A stretch of 64,000 nt of DNA from Candidatus Eiseniibacteriota bacterium (GTDB lineage: Bacteria; Eisenbacteria; RBG-16-71-46): NCBI GenBank assembly GCA_963744995.1, contig CAVUWA010000009.1:480001-544000 (forward strand). Direction: 5' to 3'. Below, in pieces: positions 9,440-19,615 of this stretch. The first letter of the stretch is position 1. Each line of letters begins with the position of its first letter. Made by a program: the position numbers and the translations under genes. Below the pieces are notes generated by a model. The model had not been told where the DNA came from, made no database searches, and saw only the letters and a list, made by a program, of their open reading frames with translations.

Positions 9440-12400
9440 TGAAGTTTACGGACATCTTCATCCGCCGGCCGGTTCTTGCGATCGTCGTCAACCTGATCAT
9501 CGTGATCGGCGGCATCCAGTCGATCCGTACGCTGAGCGTCCGCCAGTTCCCGCGCACCGACGTCTCGGTGGTGACGGTCACCACCGCCTACATCGGCGCC
9601 AACGCCGATCTGGTGCGGGGCTTCATCACCTCGCCGCTCGAGCGCGTCATCGCCAGCGCCGAAGGGATCGACTACCTCGAGTCGTCCAGCGCACAGGGCG
9701 TGAGCACGATCAGCGCCCATCTCAAGCTCAACTACGACGTCAACGACGCGCTCACCCAGATCCAGGCCAAAGTCGCTGAAGTCCGCAACCAGCTGCCGCC
9801 GGAAGCCGAAGCCCCGGTCATCCAGGTGCAGACCGCCGACGCGCGGTTCGCCGCCATGTACATCGGATTCTCCTCCGCCGACCTCGATCAGAGCCAGATC
9901 AGCGACTACCTCACGCGCGTGGTGCAGCCGCGGCTGAGCTCGATCAGCGGCGTGCAGCGCGCCGACATCCTGGGCGGCTCGGACTTCGCCATGCGGATCT
10001 GGCTGAAGCCCGACCAGATGGCGGCGCACGGGCTGTCGCCGGCGGAGGTGCGCAGCGCCCTCGCGCGCAACAACTACCTGTCCGCACTCGGCCGCACCAA
10101 GGGCTCGATGGTGTCGGTCAATCTGGTCGCGAACACCGACCTCAAGACCGCCGAGGACTTCAAGAACCTGGTGGTCAAGCATGAGGACGGCAACATCGTC
10201 CGGCTCGGCGATGTCGCGGACGTCGTGCTCGGCTCGGAGAGCTACGACACCGAGGTGCGCTTCAACGGCCAGACGGCGACCTTCATGGGCATCTACGTCC
10301 TGCCGACCGCGAACTCGCTGGAGGTCATCCGCCACGTCCGCGAGGCCGTGCACGAGCTCGAGGGCCAGCTGCCGGTCGGGATGAAAGCGGGGATTCCCTA
10401 CGACTCGACGGTGTACATCGAGGATTCGATCCATGAGGTGCTGAAGACCCTCACCGAGACGCTGCTGATCGTGATCCTGGTGATCTTCCTGTTCCTCGGC
10501 TCGGTCCGGGGCCTGATCATTCCGGTGATCGCGATCCCGATCTCGCTGATCGGCGCCGTGTTCATCATGTCGATCGCAGGATTCACCATCAATCTGCTCA
10601 CGCTGCTGGCGATCGTGTTGTCGGTCGGACTCGTGGTGGACGACGCCATCGTCATGGTCGAAAACGTCGAACGCCACATCCACGAGGGCGAGCCGCCGCT
10701 GATCGCCGCGCTGCATGCGGCGCGCGAGCTGGTCGGTCCGATCATCGCGATGACGATCACGCTCGCCGCGGTCTATACGCCGGTCGCGATCCAGGGCGGC
10801 CTCACCGGCGCCCTGTTCCGGGAGTTCGCGCTCACGCTCGCCGGCGCGGTCTTCATCTCGGGCATCGTGGCGCTCACCCTGACGCCGATGATGGGGTCGA
10901 AGATGCTTCGCTCCGGCGACAGCGAGCGCGGATTCGCCGGCCACATCAACCGGCAGTTCGATCGCCTCCGCGCCTTCTACGCGCGCATCCTGCACGGGTC
11001 GCTCAACAACCGACCGATCGTGCTGATCGTCTGGGGCGTCGTGGTTCTGCTGATGATCCCGTTCTACATGTTCACGCAGCGCGAGCTGGCGCCGCGCGAG
11101 GATCAGAGCGTGATCTTCGGCATCGTGCAGGCGGCGCCGAACGCGACACTCGACCAGACCAGGCTGTTCGCGTCACAGATCTACGACGTCTACCACTCGA
11201 TCCCCGAGACCAAGAACATCTTCCAGATCACGTTCCCGAGCGGCGGATTCGCCGGGATGGTGACCAAGCCCTGGACCGAACGGAACAGGAGCACGTCCGA
11301 TCTGCAGGTCGCGGTCTCGCAGAAGTTCTCGCAGATCCCGGGCATCCGCGCGATCGCCGTGACGCCGCCTGCGCTGCCGGGCGGCAGCAGCTTTCCGGTG
11401 GATTTCGTGATCGCTTCGACGGCCGAGCCCGAGCAGCTGCTCGGCATCGCCAACGAGCTGGTGAAGCGCGCCTATGCCAGCGGCATGTTCATGTTCGTCG
11501 ACACCGACCTGAAGTTCGATCAGCCGCAGGCGGAGGTCGTGCTCGATCGCGACAAGGTGCGCTCGATCGGCGCCGACATGACCACGGTGGGGCAGGACCT
11601 CTCCACGATGGTGGGCGGCAACTTCGTGAACCGGTTCAGTATTCAGGGACGCAGCTACAAGGTCATCCCGCAGATCAAGCGCGCCGACCGCCTGACGCCC
11701 GAGCAGCTGCTCGACGTCTACGTTTCGGGGCCCAACGGCAAGCTGGTGCCGCTCTCGACGTTCGCTCACATCGAGACGAGCACGAAGCCGCGCGAGCTCA
11801 AGCGCTTCCAGCAGCTCAATGCGGTCCGCATCCAGGCGGTGATCCCGCCGCCGGTCGCGCTCGAGGATGCACTCAACTATCTGGAGACGCAGGCGAAAGA
11901 GATCCTGCCGCGCGGCTACTCGATCGACTACGCCGGCGAATCCCGGCAGCTGCGCACCGAGGGCGGCAAGTTCCTCGGCATCTTCATGCTGTCGGCGATC
12001 CTGATCTTCCTGGTGCTGGCGGCGCAGTTCGAGAGCTTTCGCGATCCTTTCGTGATCCTGGCGGGGTCGGCGCCGCTGGCGGTGTCGGGCGCGCTGATGT
12101 TCATGTTCCTCGGCTTCACGTCGCTCAACATCTACAGCCAGGTCGGACTCATCACCCTCGTGGGGCTGGTGTCCAAGAACGGCATTCTGATCGTCGAGTT
12201 CGCGAACCATCTGCAGGAACACGGGCTCGACAAGGCGCGCGCGGTGATCGAGGCGGCCGCCACCCGATTGCGGCCGATTCTGATGACGACCGCCGCGACC
12301 GTGTTCGGGCACACGCCGCTGATCTTCGCGCACGGCCCGGGCGCCGCGGCACGGAACAGCATCGGTATCACGATCGTCACCGGCATGATCATCGGCTCCA

Positions 12401-12525
12401 TCTTCACGCTGTTCGTCGTCCCCGCGATCTACACCGTCGTGGCGAAGGAGCATGAGGCCGAAGTCGATCCCGAAGCGGCCGAGGCGCGCAGGGCCGCCAG
12501 CGCGGGCGAGGCGGCGCCGGCCTGA
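9439..12525 (+). CDS. RND efflux permease (AcrB/MexI/MexW family)
   Basis: 1028 aa; FIRRPVLA, GLVVDDAIVMVEN, SKNGILIVEFAN, RLRPILMTT. Confidence 0.97.
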   Translation: MKFTDIFIRRPVLAIVVNLIIVIGGIQSIRTLSVRQFPRTDVSVVTVTTAYIGANADLVRGFITSPLERVIASAEGIDYLESSSAQGVSTISAHLKLNYDVNDALTQIQAKVAEVRNQLPPEAEAPVIQVQTADARFAAMYIGFSSADLDQSQISDYLTRVVQPRLSSISGVQRADILGGSDFAMRIWLKPDQMAAHGLSPAEVRSALARNNYLSALGRTKGSMVSVNLVANTDLKTAEDFKNLVVKHEDGNIVRLGDVADVVLGSESYDTEVRFNGQTATFMGIYVLPTANSLEVIRHVREAVHELEGQLPVGMKAGIPYDSTVYIEDSIHEVLKTLTETLLIVILVIFLFLGSVRGLIIPVIAIPISLIGAVFIMSIAGFTINLLTLLAIVLSVGLVVDDAIVMVENVERHIHEGEPPLIAALHAARELVGPIIAMTITLAAVYTPVAIQGGLTGALFREFALTLAGAVFISGIVALTLTPMMGSKMLRSGDSERGFAGHINRQFDRLRAFYARILHGSLNNRPIVLIVWGVVVLLMIPFYMFTQRELAPREDQSVIFGIVQAAPNATLDQTRLFASQIYDVYHSIPETKNIFQITFPSGGFAGMVTKPWTERNRSTSDLQVAVSQKFSQIPGIRAIAVTPPALPGGSSFPVDFVIASTAEPEQLLGIANELVKRAYASGMFMFVDTDLKFDQPQAEVVLDRDKVRSIGADMTTVGQDLSTMVGGNFVNRFSIQGRSYKVIPQIKRADRLTPEQLLDVYVSGPNGKLVPLSTFAHIETSTKPRELKRFQQLNAVRIQAVIPPPVALEDALNYLETQAKEILPRGYSIDYAGESRQLRTEGGKFLGIFMLSAILIFLVLAAQFESFRDPFVILAGSAPLAVSGALMFMFLGFTSLNIYSQVGLITLVGLVSKNGILIVEFANHLQEHGLDKARAVIEAAATRLRPILMTTAATVFGHTPLIFAHGPGAAARNSIGITIVTGMIIGSIFTLFVVPAIYTVVAKEHEAEVDPEAAEARRAASAGEAAPA

Positions 12526-12589
12526 TCCGGCGCGGTCTGCGGCGGGTGGAGCCGGTGCGGCCGGCTCCCGTGCCCCGCTGCGCCGGCCG

Positions 12590-12754
12590 CTGATCCAGGC
12601 CGGGTCGAAGGAAGCGGCGCTCGAGTGGGCGAAGCGGGTCCCCTTCGTCGACGGTGAGATCGAGATCCGCCAGCTGTTCGAGCTCGACGACTTCGCCCAG
12701 GGCGATGCGGTCGAGCTGCACAGGAAACATCGGGACGAGCTCTCGAAAAAGTAG
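12590..12754 (+). pseudogene. C-terminal remnant of a YciI/DGPF-family protein
   Basis: LIQAGSKEAALEWAKRVPFVDGEIEIRQLFELDDF matches the C-terminal half of DGPF-type YciI proteins; there is no start codon and no DGPF motif upstream. Confidence 0.7.
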
Positions 12755-12827
12755 TGCGCCCGGCCGGGGCCGCCCGTTCCCGGAGGCGGGCGACCACCCA
12801 CCGGCCGGAGCGCGGGAGAGGTGTGCC

Positions 12828-13295
12828 ATGAAGCGTCCGGACTTCATCACGCGCGGCCGGCGGGCGGCCGGAGTCATCCTGCTGGCCTGCGTCTGCGGCT
12901 GCGCGGCCTACGGCGGCGGCTACGGAGGCGGCGGGGCCGCCGCCCCGTCGCAGCCGCTGACCCTGATCGGCACGACGTGGCGCATGACCGAGATCGACGG
13001 CCGGCAGGTCGATGCGCCGGAGAAGACCTCGCTCACGTTCGAAGAGGAGGGGCACGTCGTCGGCGTGACGGGCTGCAACCGCTTCGCCGGTTCGGCCGCC
13101 ATCGACGGCGCGTCTTTGTCGTTCTCGCCGCTCGCCGGAACGCGCATGGCCTGTGAGGCGTCCCTCATGCAGCAGGAGCAGCGCTTCTACGACGCCGCCG
13201 GCCAGGTCAGCCGCTTCTCGATCGACGCGAGCGGACGGATGCATCTGCTCGACGCCGCCGGAACGACCCGGGTGCTGCTGGAACGCGCCCCATGA
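12828..13295 (+). CDS. META/HslJ domain lipoprotein
   Basis: GGAGAGG RBS; signal with Cys; LIGTTWRMTEIDG, GVTGCNRFAG, TRMAC motifs. Confidence 0.88.
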   Translation: MKRPDFITRGRRAAGVILLACVCGCAAYGGGYGGGGAAAPSQPLTLIGTTWRMTEIDGRQVDAPEKTSLTFEEEGHVVGVTGCNRFAGSAAIDGASLSFSPLAGTRMACEASLMQQEQRFYDAAGQVSRFSIDASGRMHLLDAAGTTRVLLERAP

Positions 13296-13323
13296 GTCGC
13301 CTGCGGCGCGACGCGGCACGCGG

Positions 13324-13560
13324 TCAGGCTGCTGGAGCCGCGCACCGCCCGGACGCTCGGTCGATGCGCACGAGCGGCACCGCCCGCACCTCGCCGGCCT
13401 GTTCCAGCACGGCGTAGCAGACGCCGGGGGCCACGCGCCGGCCGCGCGGGTCGAGGCCGTTCCAGGACGCCGTGTGGCGCCCGGGCGTCCGCCCTCGGTC
13501 GACCCGCGTGGCGAGGCGGCGCCCGCCGATGTCGAGCACCATGAGGCGCGCCGGCCGGCC
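13324..13560 (-). pseudogene. Orphan FlgD-Ig/T9SS-like C-terminal domain remnant
   Basis: ARLMVLDIGGRRLATRVD...GRHTASWNGLDPRGRRVAPGVCYAVL resembles the C-termini of the intact secreted proteins in this window but has no passenger domain or signal peptide. Boundaries approximate. Confidence 0.6.
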
Positions 13561-13619
13561 GGCCGTGCCCGCGGCATCGATCCCCGCGTCCGCATGGCGG
13601 AATCGGGTAGAGTCCCACG

Positions 13620-15956
13620 ATGCGATTGTCATCGGGCGCCAGCCTCGGTCCCTACGAGATCGTCGCGCCGCTCGGCGCGGGCGGCATGGGTGAGGTGTAT
13701 CGCGCCCGTGATCCGCGCCTCGGCCGCGACGTCGCGCTCAAGGTGCTGGCAGCCGGGGTCGCCGCGGATCCCGAGCGGCTGCGACGCTTCGAGCGTGAGG
13801 CCCGCACCGTCGCGGCGCTCAACCATCCGCACATCGTCGTCCTCCACTCGATCGAGGAGGCCGATGGCGTGCGGTTCCTCACCATGGAGCTGGTCGAGGG
13901 CGAGAGCCTCGCCGCACAGCTGAAGCCGGGAGGGCTTCCGCTGGAGCGGATCCTCGAGATCGCGATCCCGCTCGCGGAGGCGCTGGTGGCCGCCCACGAC
14001 CGGGGCATCGTCCATCGCGACCTCAAGCCCGGCAACGTCATGATCTCCCGTGACGGCCGGCTCAAGGTTCTCGACTTCGGGCTGGCCCGCGCGTCGGAGT
14101 CCGAGGCGAACAGCGGGGCCATCACGCAGATGGAAACCATGGAGTCGCCCGTGTCGCGGAGCGGCTCGGTCATGGGCACCGTTCCCTACATGTCCCCCGA
14201 GCAGCTGCGCGGGGAGCCGGCGGATGCACGCAGCGACCTGTTCGCGCTGGGGGTGATCCTGCACGAGCTGGCGACCGGCGGTCGGCCGTTCACCGGCGCT
14301 TCCTCGGCGGACGTGTGTTCCGCGATACTGCGCGACCCGCCGCCGCGGCTCGGCGGCGTGCGGTCCGATCTCCCCGCGGATCTCGAGCGCATCGTGGGCC
14401 GCTGCCTCGAGAAGACGCCGCGCGGCCGATACCAGACCGCGCTCGACGTCCTGAACGAGCTGCGGCTGCTGCAGCGCGGGTTCGGCGGGACGACGGCGCC
14501 CGGGCCGGCGGCTCCGGAACGGGTATCGATTGCGGTGCTGCCGTTCACCAACTTCAGTCCCGACCCGGACGACGAGTATTTCTCCGACGGACTCGCCGAA
14601 GAGCTGTTGAACGTGCTCGTGAGGATCCGCGGCCTGCACGTGGCCGCACGCGCGTCGTCCTTCCACTTCAAGGGCCGCCAGGCGCCGATCGCCGAGGTGG
14701 GAGCGGCGTTGCGCGTGGCCCACGTACTCGACGGCAGCGTGCGCAAGGCCGGTCCCCGGGTGCGGATCTCGGTGCAGCTGGTGAAGGTGGCGGATGGTTA
14801 TCACCTCTGGTCCGAGACCTACGACCGCACGCTCGACGACGTGTTCGCCGTGCAGGACGACATCGCACGGTCGGTGGTGCGGGTGCTGCGCCACACGCTC
14901 CTCGGCGCAGCGCCCGACTCGGAAGCGGAGCGCCGGGCACGGGCGGAAGTGGCGTCGGCCGTGCGTGGTCGCGCCGCGGATCCCGAAGCCTGGGACTTCT
15001 ACCTGCGCGGCCGGCACCTGCTGACCTCCACCGATGACGGCCCGGCGCGGGCGCAGGCGATGTTCCTGCGGGCCATCGAGCGCTCGCCCTCGTTCGCGCC
15101 CGCCTATGCCGGACTCGGCGATGCGTACGTGCTCCAGTCGTGGCTGAGCTCGCGTGACCTGAAGGAAGTCGTGGCGAAAGCGCGCGCCGCGCTCGATCGT
15201 GCGCTCGCACTGGATCCCGGGCTGAGCGAAGCGCACGTGCTGTCGGGACAGATCCACATGTACCTCGAGTACGACTGGGCGGCGGCGGAGCAGGCGTTCC
15301 GCACCGCGATCGAACGGAGTCCCGGAAGCGACATCGCCCATCGCGAATACGCGAGCTATCTCTCGCTCGTGGACCGCTGCGACGAGGCGCTCGAAGAGGC
15401 GCGCCGGGCCCAGGCGCTCGATCCGCTCTCCGTCGACGCGACCCACGAACTCGGCTACGAGCTGCTCATGATGGGCCGCTTCGACGAAGCGGCCACCGAG
15501 TTCCGGCGCGCGATCGACCTCAACCCGGAGTGGATCTGGGGCAACATCAAGCTCGGCATGTCCCTCGCGTGCATGGGGCGGCACGCGGAAGCGCTGGCCT
15601 GCGTGCGCAGGGCGGACGAGCTGATCGGCGACCGGCCCCCGAAGCCGCTGGCGGCGTCGTGGCTCGCCAGCATCGAGTGGATGGGCGGACGCACGGAACG
15701 CGGCCAGGCCACGCTGGCGCGACTGCTCGAAGAAGAGAAGACCTCCTATGTCGATCCGGTGGCGATCGCCGAGCTGTACTACGCGATGGGTGACGACGAG
15801 CGGATGCTGGAGGCGATGGAGCGCGGCCTGGAATTGCGGTCGCCGACGATGATCTACCTCTGGCAGGGGACCCGGTCGATGTGGAAGAGGGTCGGGAACC
15901 ACCCGCGACTGTGGCGTCTGATCGAGCGGATGAAATTCCCGGTCCGGAAGCGCTGA
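13620..15956 (+). CDS. Hanks-type Ser/Thr protein kinase with TolB-like and TPR domains
   Basis: GAGGMGEVY, VALK, HRDLKPGN, DFG, YMSPE; SIAVLPFTN...EYFSDGLAEELLN (TolB_N-like); TPR repeats. Confidence 0.95.
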   Translation: MRLSSGASLGPYEIVAPLGAGGMGEVYRARDPRLGRDVALKVLAAGVAADPERLRRFEREARTVAALNHPHIVVLHSIEEADGVRFLTMELVEGESLAAQLKPGGLPLERILEIAIPLAEALVAAHDRGIVHRDLKPGNVMISRDGRLKVLDFGLARASESEANSGAITQMETMESPVSRSGSVMGTVPYMSPEQLRGEPADARSDLFALGVILHELATGGRPFTGASSADVCSAILRDPPPRLGGVRSDLPADLERIVGRCLEKTPRGRYQTALDVLNELRLLQRGFGGTTAPGPAAPERVSIAVLPFTNFSPDPDDEYFSDGLAEELLNVLVRIRGLHVAARASSFHFKGRQAPIAEVGAALRVAHVLDGSVRKAGPRVRISVQLVKVADGYHLWSETYDRTLDDVFAVQDDIARSVVRVLRHTLLGAAPDSEAERRARAEVASAVRGRAADPEAWDFYLRGRHLLTSTDDGPARAQAMFLRAIERSPSFAPAYAGLGDAYVLQSWLSSRDLKEVVAKARAALDRALALDPGLSEAHVLSGQIHMYLEYDWAAAEQAFRTAIERSPGSDIAHREYASYLSLVDRCDEALEEARRAQALDPLSVDATHELGYELLMMGRFDEAATEFRRAIDLNPEWIWGNIKLGMSLACMGRHAEALACVRRADELIGDRPPKPLAASWLASIEWMGGRTERGQATLARLLEEEKTSYVDPVAIAELYYAMGDDERMLEAMERGLELRSPTMIYLWQGTRSMWKRVGNHPRLWRLIERMKFPVRKR

Positions 15957-16221
15957 AGGGGCGTGCGGTGGGGCCGTTGCCCCGGTCGCGGGCGGGGATC
16001 ATGCGCCATGAGCCGTGCGGGCATCGGCCCCGCGCCGGCGCCGGGAGCACCGCGCCGTCCACCGCGCACTGCCAGTCTGTCGGGCTGACAGGCACGCCGG
16101 CCGACCGGAGCGGGTCGTACCCCGCACCCGTGTGGCGCGCAGCGGGCCGATCACCGCCACCGGCACGCCGTTAGGCGCAGCAGGCCACGGTCCGTGCGTC
16201 CGGCCACTGGATCCGTGCCGG

Positions 16222-16237
16222 TGGCACGCCGGATGCA
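16222..16237 (+). promoter_or_regulatory. Candidate sigma-54 promoter upstream of the YbhB/YbcL gene
   Basis: TGGCACG-CCGG-ATGCA fits GG-N10-GC with one mismatch to TGGCACGNNNNTTGCW. Confidence 0.45.
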
Positions 16238-16399
16238 GCACGTTCGAGGGTGGCGATGCGGGTCGAGCCGGCCGCCTCCCGGCGGGTATCGATCACCGGA
16301 CGGCGCTCGATACGCCATGCGTTGCGCGACCCGGCCCGCATCCTGTCCGTCGGAAGCCGACGTGGCGGATGCAGCGCGCATCCGCAGGCAGGAGGAGTC

Positions 16400-16918
16400 A
16401 TGCTCGAGCGAGAAGAGGCGCGGCAGCAGGCCGCTCAGACGACGCGCATGACCGGGACGTTCGAGATCCGCAGCCCGGCGTTCGACGCGGGTGGCCCGAT
16501 TCCGCCCCGGTTCACCTACGACGACGACGACCACTCCCCGCCGCTCGAGTGGAAGAATCCGCCGCCTGGAACCCGAGCGTTCGCACTGATCGTGGACGAC
16601 CCCGACGCGCCGTTCGGGGACTGGGTGCACTGGCTGATCTACGACATTCCGGCCGAGTGCATGGGCCTTCCGGAAGGCGTCGCACGCCGCAGCGTCGTCG
16701 CGGGGATCGGCATGCAGGGCACGAACGATTACGGCAGCATCGGCTACGAAGGGCCCTGCCCGCGTCGCGGCCTCGAGCACCACTATCACTTCCGGCTGTT
16801 CGCCCTTGACCGCCCGCTGCATGCGCCGCCGCGCTACCGGCGCGGTGCGCTCCTCAAGGCGCTGCGCCATCACGTGCTCGCCGAGGCGGATCTGACGGCG
16901 ACCTACCGGCGGCCCTGA
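16400..16918 (+). CDS. YbhB/YbcL family PEBP (Raf kinase inhibitor-like) protein
   Basis: GGAGGAG RBS; SPPLEW, ALIVDDPDAP, WVHW, GYEGPCP, HHYHFRLFALD. Confidence 0.93.
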   Translation: MLEREEARQQAAQTTRMTGTFEIRSPAFDAGGPIPPRFTYDDDDHSPPLEWKNPPPGTRAFALIVDDPDAPFGDWVHWLIYDIPAECMGLPEGVARRSVVAGIGMQGTNDYGSIGYEGPCPRRGLEHHYHFRLFALDRPLHAPPRYRRGALLKALRHHVLAEADLTATYRRP

Positions 16919-16998
16919 GCGAGGGCCGATCCCCGCGCCGCTCCCCGGCAGGGGCGCCCTGCGGTTGCGGGTGTGCCCCCGCGCCGCAGGGCTTGGCG

Positions 16999-17571
16999 TC
17001 AGTCGTCGTCGTCGCGTTCCGTGCGGCGCTCGTGCCGTTCGTGACCATCGCGATGGTCGCGGGTCTCCGGACCACCGGCGTACGCGGCGTTCCGGCCGCC
17101 GGCCTCGCGCCGCGCTTCCTGCCCCCACGGGGCGAGCGTGCGTTCGAGGCCCCGCGCGAGCGCCTGCTTTTCCGCGGTGGTCAGGCGCGCCTCGGGATGC
17201 ATCAGCAGGTAGTCGCGCGGCGGCATCTCACCCTCCATGATCGTCTCTCCGGCTTCCTCCGCGGCCTCGGTCAGGTTCTCGCCGCCGGTGTCCATCGCGG
17301 TGAAGTTGAGGGCCTCGCGTCCCTCCATGACGTGGCTCTGGATGCGCCACGACAGCGGAGCGATCGACGCGTACCAGGGCCAGCGGGTCCGGTTGCTGTG
17401 ACAGTCGAAGCAGGCGCGCTCGGCCAGCGTCTGCGTGGCGGGTGAATCGAACGCAGCGACCACGCCGTCGGGCGGGTTGACGTGTCGACGGCCGTAGGGC
17501 ACGGACTGCAGCACGATGAGCACAGCGAGGGGAACGAATACGAACAGCGCGAGCTTCCTTCCTGGTGCCAC
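16999..17571 (-). CDS. Heme-binding domain (Haem_bd) c-type cytochrome
   Basis: GTG after GGGAGG; N-terminal TM; ACFDCHSNRTRWPWY...GREALNF...EMPPRDYLLMHPEARL. Confidence 0.88.
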   Translation of the reverse strand: MAPGRKLALFVFVPLAVLIVLQSVPYGRRHVNPPDGVVAAFDSPATQTLAERACFDCHSNRTRWPWYASIAPLSWRIQSHVMEGREALNFTAMDTGGENLTEAAEEAGETIMEGEMPPRDYLLMHPEARLTTAEKQALARGLERTLAPWGQEARREAGGRNAAYAGGPETRDHRDGHERHERRTERDDDD

Positions 17572-17699
17572 AGATGCCTCCCGGGTGACGGGCCCATGAA
17601 ACGTTTCGCCTGCAATGTGGCGCGAAGGTCGCCTTTCGCGCATCGGACATTTGCCCTATCGTCGCCGCATAAACCTCTGGCCGGCTTCATCTCCGACAA

Positions 17700-18311
17700 A
17701 TGACGGATTCCGAATCGATCGCCCGTTCCCACCGCACCCGCCGTCTCGTGGCGTGGCTGCTCCTCGCCATGGTCGTGGTGGGGCTGTGGGATCTGTTCAC
17801 CGACTCGCCGCGCATCTGGCGGGGGAGCCACGCGGTGATCGAAGTCACCTTCATCGTGCTCGCCGCAGCCACGGCGCTGGTCCTCTTTCGGGGCTGGATC
17901 GCTTCGGAGCAATCGCTGGTCGGCGTGCGGCGGATGCTCGAAACGCGGCAGGCGGAGCGCGATCACTGGCAGGCTCTCGCCCGGAACGCCCTGCGCGGAC
18001 TCGGCGAGGCCATGGATCAGCAGTTCCACGCGTGGTCGTTGACCGCGGCCGAGAAGGAGATCGCGCTGTTCCTGCTCAAAGGCTACAGCCACCGCGAGAT
18101 CGCCGACCTCACCGGTCGCAGCGAGCGCACCGTGCGCCAGCATGCCGTCGCGGTCTATCGGAAGTCGGAGCTGTCCGGCCGCGCCGAACTGGCGGCGTTC
18201 TTCTTCGAGGACATGCTGCTGCCGCCGACAGCGGCAGAAGACGCGACACCCGCCGTCGATGACTCGCGCGATTCTGATGCTCCATCGCGGAAGAGTCCGC
18301 CGTTTCATTGA
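17700..18311 (+). CDS. Membrane-bound LuxR-type HTH transcriptional regulator
   Basis: Two N-terminal TM helices; WSLTAAEKEIALFLLKGYSHREIA...SERTVRQHAVAVYRK LuxR HTH; no receiver domain. Confidence 0.9.
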   Translation: MTDSESIARSHRTRRLVAWLLLAMVVVGLWDLFTDSPRIWRGSHAVIEVTFIVLAAATALVLFRGWIASEQSLVGVRRMLETRQAERDHWQALARNALRGLGEAMDQQFHAWSLTAAEKEIALFLLKGYSHREIADLTGRSERTVRQHAVAVYRKSELSGRAELAAFFFEDMLLPPTAAEDATPAVDDSRDSDAPSRKSPPFH

Positions 18312-18650
18312 GGAACGCCTGCCTTTTCGTCATTGGACGAAAACGAGGCCCGACGGTCGATTCAGCCCCCTGACGAGGGGAATCCTTTCGCTCCCGGTCG
18401 TTTGGCGGAACCTACGACCCCCTCCTGGGTATCTGATGTATAGATCCCGGGATTGCGTCGCCCGTTGCACATTGAGAGAGTATTCAGTGACCGGCAGCGA
18501 GTTCGCTGGCGGTCATCGTTGTTCCTGGCCGCCGGCCTCCTGCAGCGGATCCAGTGACCGGATCGCCTGCGGTGGAGTGCGGACGTTCATGCCGTCTCCA
18601 CGAGCGGGCTTCGTCGCGAACGGTCGTATCAGCTGACAGGAGTTTCCATT

Positions 18651-19481
18651 TTGGCTCAACCTGCACACCGCTTTTCGATCTGGCGTTTCTCCCTCTGGCT
18701 CACGTTCCAGTTCGCGCTGCTGCTCGTCGGAATGCGCTTCCTCGCGCCCGCCGTCTGGGCTCGACAGATTGCCGCGGGCCCCGGTGCGATCGTCCTCACC
18801 TTCCTCGCGGTGCATCTCGTCATCTGCTTCTTCGAGTGGGGATTCCACCGCTACGTCCTGCACGCCACGGTCGTGCCGTGGCTGAAGCGCTTCTCGCGCG
18901 GCCATCGCAATCATCACGCGCTGACGAACATCCAGCTGCGCCGCGACGAAGCGGGACCCGGACGCGTGGTGCTCAACCGCTACCCGATCGTCGATCAGGA
19001 ACAGTTCGAGGACTCCGCGTTCCCGGTGTATGCGCTGCTCGCGTTCTGGGCGCTGTTCACGCCGCTGCTGATCGTGGCGCAGCGCTTCCTGCCGGGGGCG
19101 CCGGTCTATCTGGCCGGATACGCGGCAGTCGCCTGGTCCATGGCCAGCTACGAGATATTCCACGCCATCGAGCACCTGCCCTATTCCTGGTGGGAGCGCG
19201 CGGTCGAACATCCGCGCTTCGGACGCCTGTGGCGCGCCGTCTATGGCTTCCATCACTTCCATCACGCCAACGTGGGCTCCAACGAGGCCATCTCGGGGTT
19301 CTTCGGCCTGCCGCTCGCCGACTGGGTGTTCCGCACGCACCATCAACCCGCCGACCTCCTGCTGCACGGGCGCATGGCCACGGCGAAGGACTTCGCGGTG
19401 CGTCCGCCGTGGCGGTTCGTCGCCTGGCTGGACCGTTGGGCGCGGGCTCGCGAAGCGAAGATCATGCGCCGCGCGGCCTGA
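18651..19481 (+). CDS. Sterol desaturase/fatty acid hydroxylase family protein
   Basis: His boxes HRYVLH, HRNHH, HAIEH, HHFHH with TM segments; TTG start after AGGAG. Confidence 0.85.
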   Translation: MAQPAHRFSIWRFSLWLTFQFALLLVGMRFLAPAVWARQIAAGPGAIVLTFLAVHLVICFFEWGFHRYVLHATVVPWLKRFSRGHRNHHALTNIQLRRDEAGPGRVVLNRYPIVDQEQFEDSAFPVYALLAFWALFTPLLIVAQRFLPGAPVYLAGYAAVAWSMASYEIFHAIEHLPYSWWERAVEHPRFGRLWRAVYGFHHFHHANVGSNEAISGFFGLPLADWVFRTHHQPADLLLHGRMATAKDFAVRPPWRFVAWLDRWARAREAKIMRRAA

Positions 19482-19615
19482 TCCGCGGCGATCCTCTGCC
19501 GCCCGGATCGCGCGGCCGCGCGGTGGCGGCGCCCGGCGCGCGTTCCGATCCGCGCGCGCCCTCGGGGCCGGCGGCGCGTCTTCCATCCGACCGCCGAATG
19601 CGCGATGGTGCAGTC

